DNA from: Nitratidesulfovibrio vulgaris str. Hildenborough
Lineage (GTDB): Bacteria > Desulfobacterota > Desulfovibrionia > Desulfovibrionales > Desulfovibrionaceae
Direction: 5' to 3'
DNA: 32,000 nt
Assembly: GCF_000195755.1 (NCBI RefSeq)
Contig: NC_002937.3
Coordinates: 1,320,001-1,352,000 of the forward strand
In this document: positions 17,944 through 26,406 of the stretch, one piece after another
Position numbering within the stretch: the stretch's first letter is position 1
Layout of the letters: the number at the start of each line of letters is the position of its first letter
The notes under the pieces: model-generated
Seen by the model: only the letters and a program-made list of their open reading frames with translations
What the model was told of the DNA's origin: nothing
Databases searched by the model: none
Position numbers and translations under genes: made by a program

Positions 17944-20220
17944 ATGACACGACTACGCGGCACACTGTCCGTCTGCATTGACGCCTTTCCTGCGTGGACA
18001 CGCCCTCTGGCCCTCGCCTTCGTCGTTTACGCCCTTTCCTTCGGGATGCGGATGCTGGAATACCCTGCATGGCAGAATCCCGAATACATGCTCGATGGCG
18101 AGTATCTGCTTGCCACCCATGACGCCTATCACTGGATAGCCGGTGCCGAGGGCTTCGAATTCGGTGCGGGTCATCCCATGTCCGAACTCGTGCGCCTTGC
18201 GGCGGCCTTTACAGGCACCACGCCTGCGGCTGTGGGGTTCTGGCTTCCGCCGGTCATGGCAAGCCTTGTTGCCGTGGGCGTATTCGGCTGGGCCGCCGCG
18301 CTTGGCGGGGTTGAGGCGGGCGTGTGCGCCGGGGTGCTGGCTTCGCTGGCACCGGGCTTTCTCGCGCGTACACTGCTCGGGTATTGCGACACAGACCTCG
18401 TGACCCTTCTCTTCCCGCTTCTGATGGGTCTTGGGCCGGCCTTCTGGATGGCCCGGTTCATGTTCACCCCGTTGCAGGTCGCCCGTCGTCTTCTTGCACG
18501 CCGCACGGGCACTTCTGACGTCGTTCCCGATGCCGTGGCGGTCATGATGACGTCCCGCGGGGAGGCTGACGACGACTGGCATGGCGGGGCCTTGTCCCCC
18601 CGGTGGCTGGCTCTGCTCGCGGGCTCGGGGCTTGTGGGTAGCTGGGGGGCCGAGTGGCATTCTCTGTTCCCCTACCTGATTCGCTATGATGTGGTACTTC
18701 TGTTCGGCTGCATATGCGTGTTCGGCAGGCCGGGCATGCGCCGTGCCCTGCTCGTGGGGGGGCTCGCCTACGCGCTTCCCATGCTCGTGGGGGCCTGGGG
18801 GCTGCTCTTCGCGCTGGCACTGGGCTGGGGGCTGCACCGGGCCGACGCCCGTTTCATGGCCTTCGTGCGCGGACGGGCGCTTCCGGTAGCCGGATGGTGC
18901 GCCGTCGCCGTGCTTCTGTTCGATCCCGATGTGTTCAGGATGTTCCTCAACTCGATCGCCGGGTATGTCAAACGAAGCGGGGATCCTTCTCCGGGCGCTG
19001 GCGGCGATGATCCCCTCGTCTATCCGTCGGTGGCACAGAGCATCATCGAGGTGCAAGACCTCTCGCTTTCCGAGGTGCTCTCGTATTTTCATCCGTGGTT
19101 GTGGGTGGCACTTGCGGGGCTTGGCGGATTCGTGCCCTTGTTGCTGGCACGACCTGCCGCCTTCTTCCTGCTGCCGCTTGGCGTGCTCTCGTTCCTCAGC
19201 GTGAAGCTTGGCGGGCGCATGGTCATGTTCGGTGCGCCGGTGCTCGCCCTGGGCTTCGCGTTGCCGATGGTGTGGGGTGTCCAGCGGGTGCTCCGGCACG
19301 ACCTGCGGACAGGATGGGTGCGCCTTGCCTTGTCTGCCGTGCTGCTCGTCATCGTCGCCACCCCGTTCGTCGACCTGCTACCCGCCATGACGCAGGGCCC
19401 CATCATCAACAAGCGCCATGCCGAGGCGTTGCGCCATATCCGTACGGCCACGCCAGAGGATTCCATGGTCTGGATATGGTGGGACTGGGGGTATTCGGCC
19501 CATCATTTCGCACATCGCAGGACCATCGCCGACGGTGCAAGCCATGGCGGGCCGTCGCTGTATGTGCCCGCCGCCGTGTTCTCGACAGCCAACCCGCGCT
19601 TCGCGTGGCAGCTCATCAGGTACACGGCGGAGAGGGGCGGCATCCCCGGCAGTGTCTTCGAGGGCATGGGCGGGGCGCAGGCGCAGGAACTTGTGCACAG
19701 GCTTGGCATCGAGAAGATGACCTTTGCCGATGCTCCGCGCCAGTATCTCGTGGTCAGTTACGACATGTTGCGTCTGGGGTTCTGGATAACCAACTTCGGC
19801 ACATGGGACTTCTTGTCACGCGAGGGCAAGGGGTACGCCATCAGCAGTATCCCGCAACAACTCTCGTACAGCCTTGATACGGGAGAGGTGCAGGTGCAGG
19901 GCAACACGACAGGAGTGCTCGCCTCCACTATCGACGTCTTCGACGAGGGGCAGCTTGAGCGGCGCGACTACATCGTGCGGCAGGGGGGCAGCGGCAACGC
20001 CATCGCCGACTACGCCGCACGCCAGCGCAACATAGAGAGCAGGCGCAACATCCACTTCCTGTTCAACAAGGTCACGGGCGAAAAACTCGTCCTTGATGAC
20101 AGGCTCTATAATACGGTGATGGTGCAGCTTCTGCTGTGCTCGCCCGACGACACGCGCTTCGCCCCGTATTTCAAGCTGATATACGACAATGTCTACGCGC
20201 GCGTGTACGAGGTGCGGTAG
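17944..20220 (+). CDS. pglB: PglB/STT3-family N-oligosaccharyltransferase homologue
   Basis: ATG 17944 is preceded by GGAGG at 17929-17933. The 758-aa protein has a polytopic N-terminal half and a soluble C-terminal domain. Catalytic-motif equivalents are THDAYHWIAGAEG (Asp codon 18121-18123), GYCDTDLV (DTD at 18388-18396), SVAQSIIEV (Glu codon 19048-19050) and WWDWGY (19477-19494), a variant of the WWDYG hallmark. Confidence 0.85.
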   Translation: MTRLRGTLSVCIDAFPAWTRPLALAFVVYALSFGMRMLEYPAWQNPEYMLDGEYLLATHDAYHWIAGAEGFEFGAGHPMSELVRLAAAFTGTTPAAVGFWLPPVMASLVAVGVFGWAAALGGVEAGVCAGVLASLAPGFLARTLLGYCDTDLVTLLFPLLMGLGPAFWMARFMFTPLQVARRLLARRTGTSDVVPDAVAVMMTSRGEADDDWHGGALSPRWLALLAGSGLVGSWGAEWHSLFPYLIRYDVVLLFGCICVFGRPGMRRALLVGGLAYALPMLVGAWGLLFALALGWGLHRADARFMAFVRGRALPVAGWCAVAVLLFDPDVFRMFLNSIAGYVKRSGDPSPGAGGDDPLVYPSVAQSIIEVQDLSLSEVLSYFHPWLWVALAGLGGFVPLLLARPAAFFLLPLGVLSFLSVKLGGRMVMFGAPVLALGFALPMVWGVQRVLRHDLRTGWVRLALSAVLLVIVATPFVDLLPAMTQGPIINKRHAEALRHIRTATPEDSMVWIWWDWGYSAHHFAHRRTIADGASHGGPSLYVPAAVFSTANPRFAWQLIRYTAERGGIPGSVFEGMGGAQAQELVHRLGIEKMTFADAPRQYLVVSYDMLRLGFWITNFGTWDFLSREGKGYAISSIPQQLSYSLDTGEVQVQGNTTGVLASTIDVFDEGQLERRDYIVRQGGSGNAIADYAARQRNIESRRNIHFLFNKVTGEKLVLDDRLYNTVMVQLLLCSPDDTRFAPYFKLIYDNVYARVYEVR

Positions 20221-20437
20221 GCGCGGGGCGTGTGGCTGCCGCGTTCATCGCTGTGCCAGTGCGTCCGGTCTCACTTGGGCAGGTCGTGTGCGGTGATGAC
20301 GGCAGGATGCCGTGACCGAAGTGAATCTGTCGCCGGGTGCGGGCGTGTGGATGCCGCATCCGGCATTCCGAGATACGTTTCCGGCCGTACTACGGTCACT
20401 ATTTCTGCCGTGAATGCGCGTGTGAGGTGAGACGTCT

Positions 20438-20908
20438 CTAGTCGTGGTGGTAGGGGGCCCCGCGCAGGATGGCGTCTGCCCGGTACAGCTGTTCAAGCAA
20501 CACCACTCGCGCCATTTCGTGCGGAAAGGTCATGGGCCCGAGGGCGAGCTTGTGTTCGGCCCTTTGCAGGACGCTCTTGTCCAACCCGAAGGCCCCTCCG
20601 ATGACGAAGCACGGCGTCCGCGTGGCGTTCTCGGTGAGTCGTTCGATGAAGCCTGCGAAGTCGCGTGATGTCATGTTCCGCCCGTGTTCATCGAGGCATA
20701 CGACGATGTCGGTGGGGCCCATGGCTGCGATGAGCCGCGCCCCTTCATCCGCATTGCGTGCCGTCGGAGGCAGCGCCGCGCCGCCATCCTTGACCACGGT
20801 TTCGGTCAGGCGACAGTTGTGCCGTATCCTCTCCATGTAGTGCGTGGCGGCCTGTTGCCAGAATGGTGTCCGGATACGTCCGACGGCGAGAATGCGCAGT
20901 GTCCTCAT
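20438..20908 (-). CDS. rlmH: 23S rRNA (pseudouridine1915-N3)-methyltransferase RlmH (SPOUT)
   Basis: 156 aa, with the pattern LRILAVGRIR...Y..R......E.......LDE.G...TS..FA........R...FVIGGAFGL...V...A...L.LGPMTFPH..ARVVLLEQLYRA..I..G.PYH. Confidence 0.92.
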   Translation of the reverse strand: MRTLRILAVGRIRTPFWQQAATHYMERIRHNCRLTETVVKDGGAALPPTARNADEGARLIAAMGPTDIVVCLDEHGRNMTSRDFAGFIERLTENATRTPCFVIGGAFGLDKSVLQRAEHKLALGPMTFPHEMARVVLLEQLYRADAILRGAPYHHD

Positions 20909-21260
20909 GAGTGCTCCCGAGTTCGCCGGCGTGTGTCCGGCGAGGGTGTGGTAGCCTGTTGAAGGGCATCCCGCAAGCGTGGGCTATTCGTCGCTGTCGC
21001 GCGGGGGACACTGACGTATTGCGCAAGCCTGAGAACTTGACCGGCGGACAGAGAAAAACTAGTCGTCGGGACTCGATCAATGGCGCGCCGCTGTGCGGGG
21101 CGTCTGGACTGAACGGCGACGTGTCTCCCCGCAGTCCCGGTCGTCAGTCTGTCCTCGTCTGCTGTCTCTGCTGCGTCTGTCCGGGCTGCCCGGTCGTCGA
21201 AATTCCTCATCACGCCACCACATGCAACGCCATATCGTCGAATCCAATACCGGAGCCACC

Positions 21261-21893
21261 ATGTCTGCCGAACTGCTCACGAACATAGCCGACGCCGTAC
21301 GACTTCTCGCGGGAGGCGGTGTCCTTGTCTACCCCACCGAGACGTTCTTCGGCATCGGGTGCGATGTGCGAGATGCGCGAGCGGTCGATGCCGTGTTCCG
21401 GGCGAAGCGGAGGCAGTCCGGGATGGCATTGCCCGTCATCCTCGGCGATGCCAGCCAGCTGGGCATGGTCACCCGAGGTCATGGCGCTGTCGAGGCTGCC
21501 CTTGCCCGCGATTTCTGGCCCGGCCCGCTTTCGATACTCTGTCCGGCGCTGCCGGAGTTGCCCGACACCTTGACAGGGGGAACGGGTCGCGTGGCGGTGC
21601 GTGTGTCGCCCCATCCTGCGGCCATGGCTCTCGCATTGGGCCTTGGCGCGCCTCTTGCCGCATCCAGTGCCAATGTCAGTGGCAGGGCGGCCGTGGTGCG
21701 TGTCGCCGACCTCGACCGTGAGCTTCTTTCTGGCGTCGACGGTGTGTATGATGCCCCGCCGCAGCCTGCCGGGGGATTGCCCTCGACGCTGGTCGATGTC
21801 CTGACCGACGGGACGCTCCGAATCCTGAGGGAAGGAGCGGTGCCGAGAGCGGCACTTGTCAGCAAAGGCTACGAGGTGGTCTCGCCCTGCTGA
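21261..21893 (+). CDS. tsaC: L-threonylcarbamoyladenylate synthase, short TsaC/YrdC type
   Basis: ATG 21261 is preceded by GGAG at 21252-21255. The 210-aa protein has YrdC-domain motifs (GGVLVYPTETFFGIGCD, FRAKRR, WPGPLS, AASSANVSG, PSTLVD). The upstream part of the ORF-track entry (from 21093) is rejected. Confidence 0.88.
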   Translation: MSAELLTNIADAVRLLAGGGVLVYPTETFFGIGCDVRDARAVDAVFRAKRRQSGMALPVILGDASQLGMVTRGHGAVEAALARDFWPGPLSILCPALPELPDTLTGGTGRVAVRVSPHPAAMALALGLGAPLAASSANVSGRAAVVRVADLDRELLSGVDGVYDAPPQPAGGLPSTLVDVLTDGTLRILREGAVPRAALVSKGYEVVSPC

Positions 21894-22001
21894 TTGCCGC
21901 AGGGCATTCCAAGCCGGAGGCTGGCGCGGACGGGGGCGTCCCGTGCGCCTGTTCAGCCGTCGTCGTGCTGTCCGTCATCCATCAGGCTTCGCCCCTGTCC
22001 T

Positions 22002-22985
22002 TCATGCTTCTGCGGTAGCCTCCAGCTGCATGCGCGCCATCTGTAGTACGGAGCCTGTATCCAGAGCGTCCAGACAGGCCGGGATGCCGTCCGGTGTCGT
22101 GTGCGTGCAGTGGATGTCCCGCGTGGTGAGGGTGCAGGGTGAGCAGGGCATGTCCGCCCGCAGCAGTCTCTTCCTGTCGGGGGCCCATCGTCTGTGGTCG
22201 GCGGGGCCGAAGATGGTCAGGGTGGGGACTTGTGACATGGCGGCAAGGTGCATGGGGCCGCAGTCGTTGCCGATGACAAGGCGTACCCGGCAAAGCAGGT
22301 CGACGAGTTCCCGGTACGACTGCGGCATGTGCACCCGGTGCCCGACGGGCGGCGACATGCCCCCGTCCCGTTCCGCAGGGCCCATCACCCATAGAGGCTC
22401 CCATCCTTCCGCCGCCAGTGCACAGGCAACATGTTCGAAACGCTGCATGGCCCATCTTTTCATGACATGCCCCGCGCCCGGAAAGAGCACCACAAGGCGT
22501 GAATCCGGGCCGTGCCAACTCCCAACGGCATCCCGCCATGCTCCTCGCCAGTCCCAATCCGTCTGGATGCCAAGGGCGTGTAGAGCATGCAGCAAGGCTT
22601 GCGTGACATGCATGTCCTGCCCGGCAGTGAGGGCGGGCAGGGGCGTCACGTGGGGGGCCGCGTCACTGGGCGGGGAGTGAAGGCAGAACCATAGGATGTT
22701 GTGGCGGGCGAATTCAGGCGTGGGAATGCCTGCATAGAGTCGTTCGATGATGCGCCTGACATGAGGCGTACAGCGCAGATAGCCCAGTTTTTCAAGCCAC
22801 TGCCCCCGTTCGCTGTGGCCGTAGAAGTAAAGAGGGGCTCCGGCTCTTTTTATTCTGTGATGCTGGGCGATGGCGTGAAGTGCGGGCCATGCGCAGGCGA
22901 AATCTCCAAGGGCACCGTTGTGAACGATGATGCACGGGGCTGGCTTGGGAGGCGTTATCGAGTGCTGTGGGGTAGCCATTCTCAT
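22002..22985 (-). CDS. Glycosyltransferase family 9 (heptosyltransferase-like)
   Basis: Start ATG is 22985 or 22979 (MRMATPQ...CIIVHNGALGDFACAWPAL). The C-terminal half carries GT9 features (VLFPGAGHVMKRWAMQRF, LVIGNDCGPMHLAAMSQVPTLTIFGP). About 327 aa. The sugar specificity cannot be read from the sequence. Confidence 0.8.
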   Translation of the reverse strand: MRMATPQHSITPPKPAPCIIVHNGALGDFACAWPALHAIAQHHRIKRAGAPLYFYGHSERGQWLEKLGYLRCTPHVRRIIERLYAGIPTPEFARHNILWFCLHSPPSDAAPHVTPLPALTAGQDMHVTQALLHALHALGIQTDWDWRGAWRDAVGSWHGPDSRLVVLFPGAGHVMKRWAMQRFEHVACALAAEGWEPLWVMGPAERDGGMSPPVGHRVHMPQSYRELVDLLCRVRLVIGNDCGPMHLAAMSQVPTLTIFGPADHRRWAPDRKRLLRADMPCSPCTLTTRDIHCTHTTPDGIPACLDALDTGSVLQMARMQLEATAEA

Positions 22986-23228
22986 GGGGCAAGAATGCGA
23001 AAGGCTGTCAGCGTTGGCAAGCCCTCTCCGTGGGCAGGAGACAGCGGGAACGCACGGTTGCCGCGGGCGTGCCGGAAGAATACCGGACAATACTTCTTTC
23101 AGGGGGGTGTGGAAGGGGAGGGCATGGTGTAACCACAGCCGTTGCATCTGAGACTGAGGATTTGCTCGTATTATTCTGGCCCGTTGGCTGGCTGGTGTTA
23201 GAATCTCGGCTTTCCGCAAAGAAGTTCA

Positions 23229-23257
23229 TTGACGAGCAGAATCGGACTGTGTATTAA
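23229..23257 (+). promoter_or_regulatory. Sigma-70-type promoter candidate for the RRM RNA-binding protein gene
   Basis: TTGACG (23229-23234), a 17-nt spacer, then TATTAA (23252-23257). This predicts a 5' leader of roughly 95 nt that contains a T8 run (23282-23290). Confidence 0.45.
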
Positions 23258-23357
23258 AGCGCTTCACACAGCACGGCTAGTCTTTTTTTTCTGTCGAACT
23301 TCGCATGGGCAAAGCTCCTGATAGATGAAAGCCAGGCCAAACCAAGGAGTTTTACTC

Positions 23358-23630
23358 ATGTCGAAGACCCTCTATGTAGGCAATCTGCCTTTTACCGCTG
23401 AACAGGAAGACGTTCGTGACCTTTTCGCCGCCCACGGTGAAGTTGTTTCCGTGAAGCTGATGTTCGATCGTGAAACCGGTCGTCCCCGTGGCTTCGGCTT
23501 CGTTGAAATGGCTGACGCTGACATGCGTACCGCCATGGAAGCCCTCGACGGCTACGATTTCATGGGCCGCAACCTGCGCGTCAACGAAGCGCAGGAGCGT
23601 GCTCCCCGCGCCCCTCGTCGCGCGTGGTAG
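23358..23630 (+). CDS. RRM-type (RNP-1/RNP-2) RNA-binding protein
   Basis: ATG 23358 is preceded by AAGGAG at 23344-23349. The 90-aa protein has RNP-2 LYVGNL, RNP-1 RGFGFVEM and a basic tail RAPRAPRRAW. Confidence 0.9.
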   Translation: MSKTLYVGNLPFTAEQEDVRDLFAAHGEVVSVKLMFDRETGRPRGFGFVEMADADMRTAMEALDGYDFMGRNLRVNEAQERAPRAPRRAW

Positions 23631-23652
23631 TCGCCACGACCTAGCAAGCAAG

Positions 23653-23685
23653 GCCCCCGGTCAGATATGACCGGGGGCTTTTTTT
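23653..23685 (+). terminator. Rho-independent terminator of the RNA-binding protein gene
   Basis: GCCCCCGGTC (23653-23662), loop AGATAT, GACCGGGGGC (23669-23678), followed by T7 (23679-23685). Confidence 0.8.
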
Positions 23686-23721
23686 GTGTGTAGCCTCCCG
23701 CTAGGCGCGGGGGCTACACAC

Positions 23722-23750
23722 AAAAAAGCGGGCTGCCTTTCGGCAGCCCG
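23722..23750 (-). terminator. Rho-independent terminator of glnN (minus strand)
   Basis: The minus strand reads CGGGCTGCC GAAA GGCAGCCCG C followed by TTTTTT (the plus-strand A run at 23722-27). It lies 27 nt downstream of the glnN stop at 23777. Confidence 0.7.
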
Positions 23751-23776
23751 TTCTGTATCTGTCGATTCTATCCGCG

Positions 23777-25957
23777 TTACTTGATGAAGAGCATTTCCTG
23801 GTAGCTGGGCAGCGACCAGAGGTCGTCGGCGACGATGGTCTCAAGCGAGTCGGCCCACTTGCGGACATCGTTCATGGCGGGGAGGATGGCGTCGCACATG
23901 TGGCGCGCCTCTTCCAGAACACTTGCCGCCTCGTGGTCGAGCAGCTTCTCCAGTTCGTTGGCAGCCTTCTGCATGGAACGCAGCTTCGCGGTGACATCTT
24001 CAAGCGTCACCATCTGGTAGTCGTGTCCGGCTGCCTTCAGGTTGGCGCAGGTGGTAGCCAGTTCACCCTGATAGCGCATGGCTGCGGGGAAGATGATCGT
24101 GCGTGCCATGCGGATGACCAGATTGGCTTCGGTCTTGACGGTCTTGCAGTACTGTTCGAGGTAGATTTCTTCGCGCGAGCGGAGTTCCGCTTCGGAGAAT
24201 ACGCCGTACTTGGTGAACAGTTCGATGACCTCGGGCTTGGTCAGCATAGGCAGGGCGTCGGGGGTGGTGCGCAGGTTGGGCAGGCCACGACGTTCGGCCT
24301 CCTTGTGCCAGGCTTCGGAGTAGCCGTCACCGTTGAAGATGATGGCTTCGTGCTCGACCATGATCTTCTGAAGAAGGCTCTGCACGGCTTCGTTGAGCTT
24401 GCTGGCATCGCCGCCGATGGCCTTCTCGAGCTCGGAGGCGATGTAGTCGAGCGAGTCGGCCATCATGGTGTTGAGGGCCACCTGCGAACCGGCGATGGAC
24501 ATGCTGGAGCCTACCGCGCGGAATTCGAATCTGTTGCCGGTGAAGGCGAAGGGGCTGGTGCGGTTGCGGTCGCCGGGGTCGCGCGGGAGCGGGGGCAGCG
24601 TGTCGACGCCCACGTTCATGACGCACTTCTGCTTGCAGCCGTTGACCTTGCCCTGCTTGAACTGTTCGAAGACGTCGGTCAGCTGTTCACCGAGATACAT
24701 CGACATGATGGCGGGCGGAGCCTCGTTGGCTCCCAGACGATGGTCGTTGGATGCGGAGGCCACGGTGGCTCGCAGCATCGGGCCGAACTTGTGCAGGGCG
24801 CGGATGGCGGCGGCGCAGAATACGAGGAACTTGGCGTTCTCGTGCGGGGTGTCGCCGGGATCGAACAGGCTGCCCAATTCGGCGTTGCCGATGGAGTAGT
24901 TGAGGTGCTTGCCCGAACCGTTGATGCCCGCGAAAGGCTTTTCGTGCAGCAGGCAGAGCATGCCGTAGCGCTTTGCCACGCTGCGTAGCGTGGTCATGAT
25001 GATCTGGTTGTGGTCGGTCGCGAGGTTGCCCGTTTCATAGATGGGGGCGATTTCGTACTGGCTGGGGGCCACTTCGTTGTGGCGGGTCTTCACGGGCACG
25101 CCCAACTTGTACAGCTCGCGTTCGACTTCCATCATGAAGGCGAGCACGCGGCGGGGGATGACGCCGAAGTACTGGTCTTCGAACTCCTGTCCCTTGGGGG
25201 GGCGGGCACCGAAAAGGCTGCGCCCGGCGATGAGCAGGTCGGGGCGGGAGAAGGCGAAGTTGCGGTCGATGAGGAAGTATTCCTGCTCGGGGCCTGCGAA
25301 GGCGATCACGGGCAGCTTGGTCTCGATGCCGAAGAGCTTGAGGACTCGCTTGGCCTGCGTATTGAGGGCCTGCATGGACCGCAGGAGGGGGGTCTTCTTG
25401 TCCAGTGCTTCGCCCGTCCATGACAGGAACGCCGTGGGGATGCACAGGAACGTGCCGTTGGGATTCTCAAGGATGTAGGCGGGGCTGGTCACGTCCCATG
25501 CGGTGTAGCCGCGGGCTTCGAACGTGCTGCGCAAGCCGCCGGAAGGGAAGCTCGATGCGTCGGGCTCACCCTGAATGAGCATCTTGCCGCTGAATTCGGC
25601 GAGGGCGCCGCCTTTCCCGTCAGGCGTGAGGAAGCTGTCGTGCTTTTCCGCAGTCAGGCCCGTCAGGGGGTAGAAAACGTGCGTGAAGTGCGTCGCACCC
25701 TTCTCGATGGCCCAGTCCTTCATGGTGTTGGCCACGATGTCGGCTATGGAGGGGTCGAGCTTCTCGCCGAGTTCGATGGTCTTCTGCAGCGACTTGAAGA
25801 CGTCCTTGGGCAGGCGTTCCCGCATGACCTTTTCATTGAAGACGTTGCAACCGAAGAATTCGGTGAGCTTCGTCTCGCTGAAGTTCATGGGGGCGGTGCT
25901 CGGCTTGTAGTTGGTGACAGCCGAGATGGCGTTGAGGCGTGCCTGGATTCCACTCAT
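23777..25957 (-). CDS. glnN: Glutamine synthetase, type III
   Basis: 726 aa, which is the GSIII size class. It shows GSIII-style N-terminal and catalytic regions ([23 protein letters not shown]..., [72 protein letters not shown]). Confidence 0.95.
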   Translation of the reverse strand: MSGIQARLNAISAVTNYKPSTAPMNFSETKLTEFFGCNVFNEKVMRERLPKDVFKSLQKTIELGEKLDPSIADIVANTMKDWAIEKGATHFTHVFYPLTGLTAEKHDSFLTPDGKGGALAEFSGKMLIQGEPDASSFPSGGLRSTFEARGYTAWDVTSPAYILENPNGTFLCIPTAFLSWTGEALDKKTPLLRSMQALNTQAKRVLKLFGIETKLPVIAFAGPEQEYFLIDRNFAFSRPDLLIAGRSLFGARPPKGQEFEDQYFGVIPRRVLAFMMEVERELYKLGVPVKTRHNEVAPSQYEIAPIYETGNLATDHNQIIMTTLRSVAKRYGMLCLLHEKPFAGINGSGKHLNYSIGNAELGSLFDPGDTPHENAKFLVFCAAAIRALHKFGPMLRATVASASNDHRLGANEAPPAIMSMYLGEQLTDVFEQFKQGKVNGCKQKCVMNVGVDTLPPLPRDPGDRNRTSPFAFTGNRFEFRAVGSSMSIAGSQVALNTMMADSLDYIASELEKAIGGDASKLNEAVQSLLQKIMVEHEAIIFNGDGYSEAWHKEAERRGLPNLRTTPDALPMLTKPEVIELFTKYGVFSEAELRSREEIYLEQYCKTVKTEANLVIRMARTIIFPAAMRYQGELATTCANLKAAGHDYQMVTLEDVTAKLRSMQKAANELEKLLDHEAASVLEEARHMCDAILPAMNDVRKWADSLETIVADDLWSLPSYQEMLFIK

Positions 25958-26039
25958 GACGGCGTTCTCCTCGAGGTTGCGTTGCTACTGAAAGTCAATC
26001 CGCCCGCGGGTTGCAGGTGGGTACGTTTGTCTTGAGCAG

Positions 26040-26055
26040 AGCAAAGAGCGGGCCA
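26040..26055 (-). promoter_or_regulatory. Sigma-54 (-24/-12) promoter candidate for glnN
   Basis: The minus strand reads TGGCCC-GCTCT-TTGCT against the consensus TGGCAC-N5-TTGCW. There is one mismatch and the GG/GC spacing is correct. It lies 83-98 nt upstream of the glnN ATG at 25957. Confidence 0.6.
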
Positions 26056-26390
26056 ATAGTGTAACCTAGCGAAATGTCGATATGATATTCCGGTTCGCCC
26101 TGCTTGCGGCGTCTTTGTTCTTTCAAAATAGTAAAAAAATGGCAACCCCTCTTTTGGAGTTTGGTGTTATATTGACACTATTGTAATGAAGGATTGGCCG
26201 TTGCGTGGCAATATCGTTTCCAAAAATGTATAATGGTGTTTCGCCGGGGTGCAGGCGCACCATAAAATCAATGGGTTGTGGTAGTGCCGCTCAATGTCGC
26301 GGATTCGACCGGTAGTCAACCCGTGGGCGCGCTCACTCCTGCGGCCTGTGCTGTATCAAATATGTAAAAACAGGATCGGGGTGCGGGAGG

Positions 26391-26406
26391 TGGCTGCCGC
26401 TTCGCG
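26391..26406 (+). promoter_or_regulatory. Weak sigma-54-like -24/-12 candidate upstream of the FadL-family gene
   Basis: TGGCTG-CCGCT-TCGCG has GG and GC correctly spaced but only 4/6 and 3/5 matches. It is preceded by a partial IHF-like match TATCAAATATGTA (26353-26365). A second weak candidate, AGGCAC-TGGAA-CGGCT, lies at 26486-26501. Confidence 0.25.

Noticed and set aside
17953-19299. 448-aa ORF on the - strand
   Set aside because: It is antisense to the pglB-like gene. The Arg/Pro/His/Gly-rich, non-protein-like sequence marks it as a GC-driven shadow ORF.
21894-22001. GC-rich imperfect hairpin (around GGACGGGGGCGTCC) between the convergent tsaC and GT9 genes
   Set aside because: The stem needs bulges and wobble pairs and has no U tract on either strand. 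It is too weak to call as a terminator from sequence alone.
23900-24988. 362-aa ORF on the + strand (plus 25010-25423 and 25640-26035)
   Set aside because: These are antisense to glnN, whose translation carries clear GSIII motifs along its full length. The composition is that of a shadow frame.
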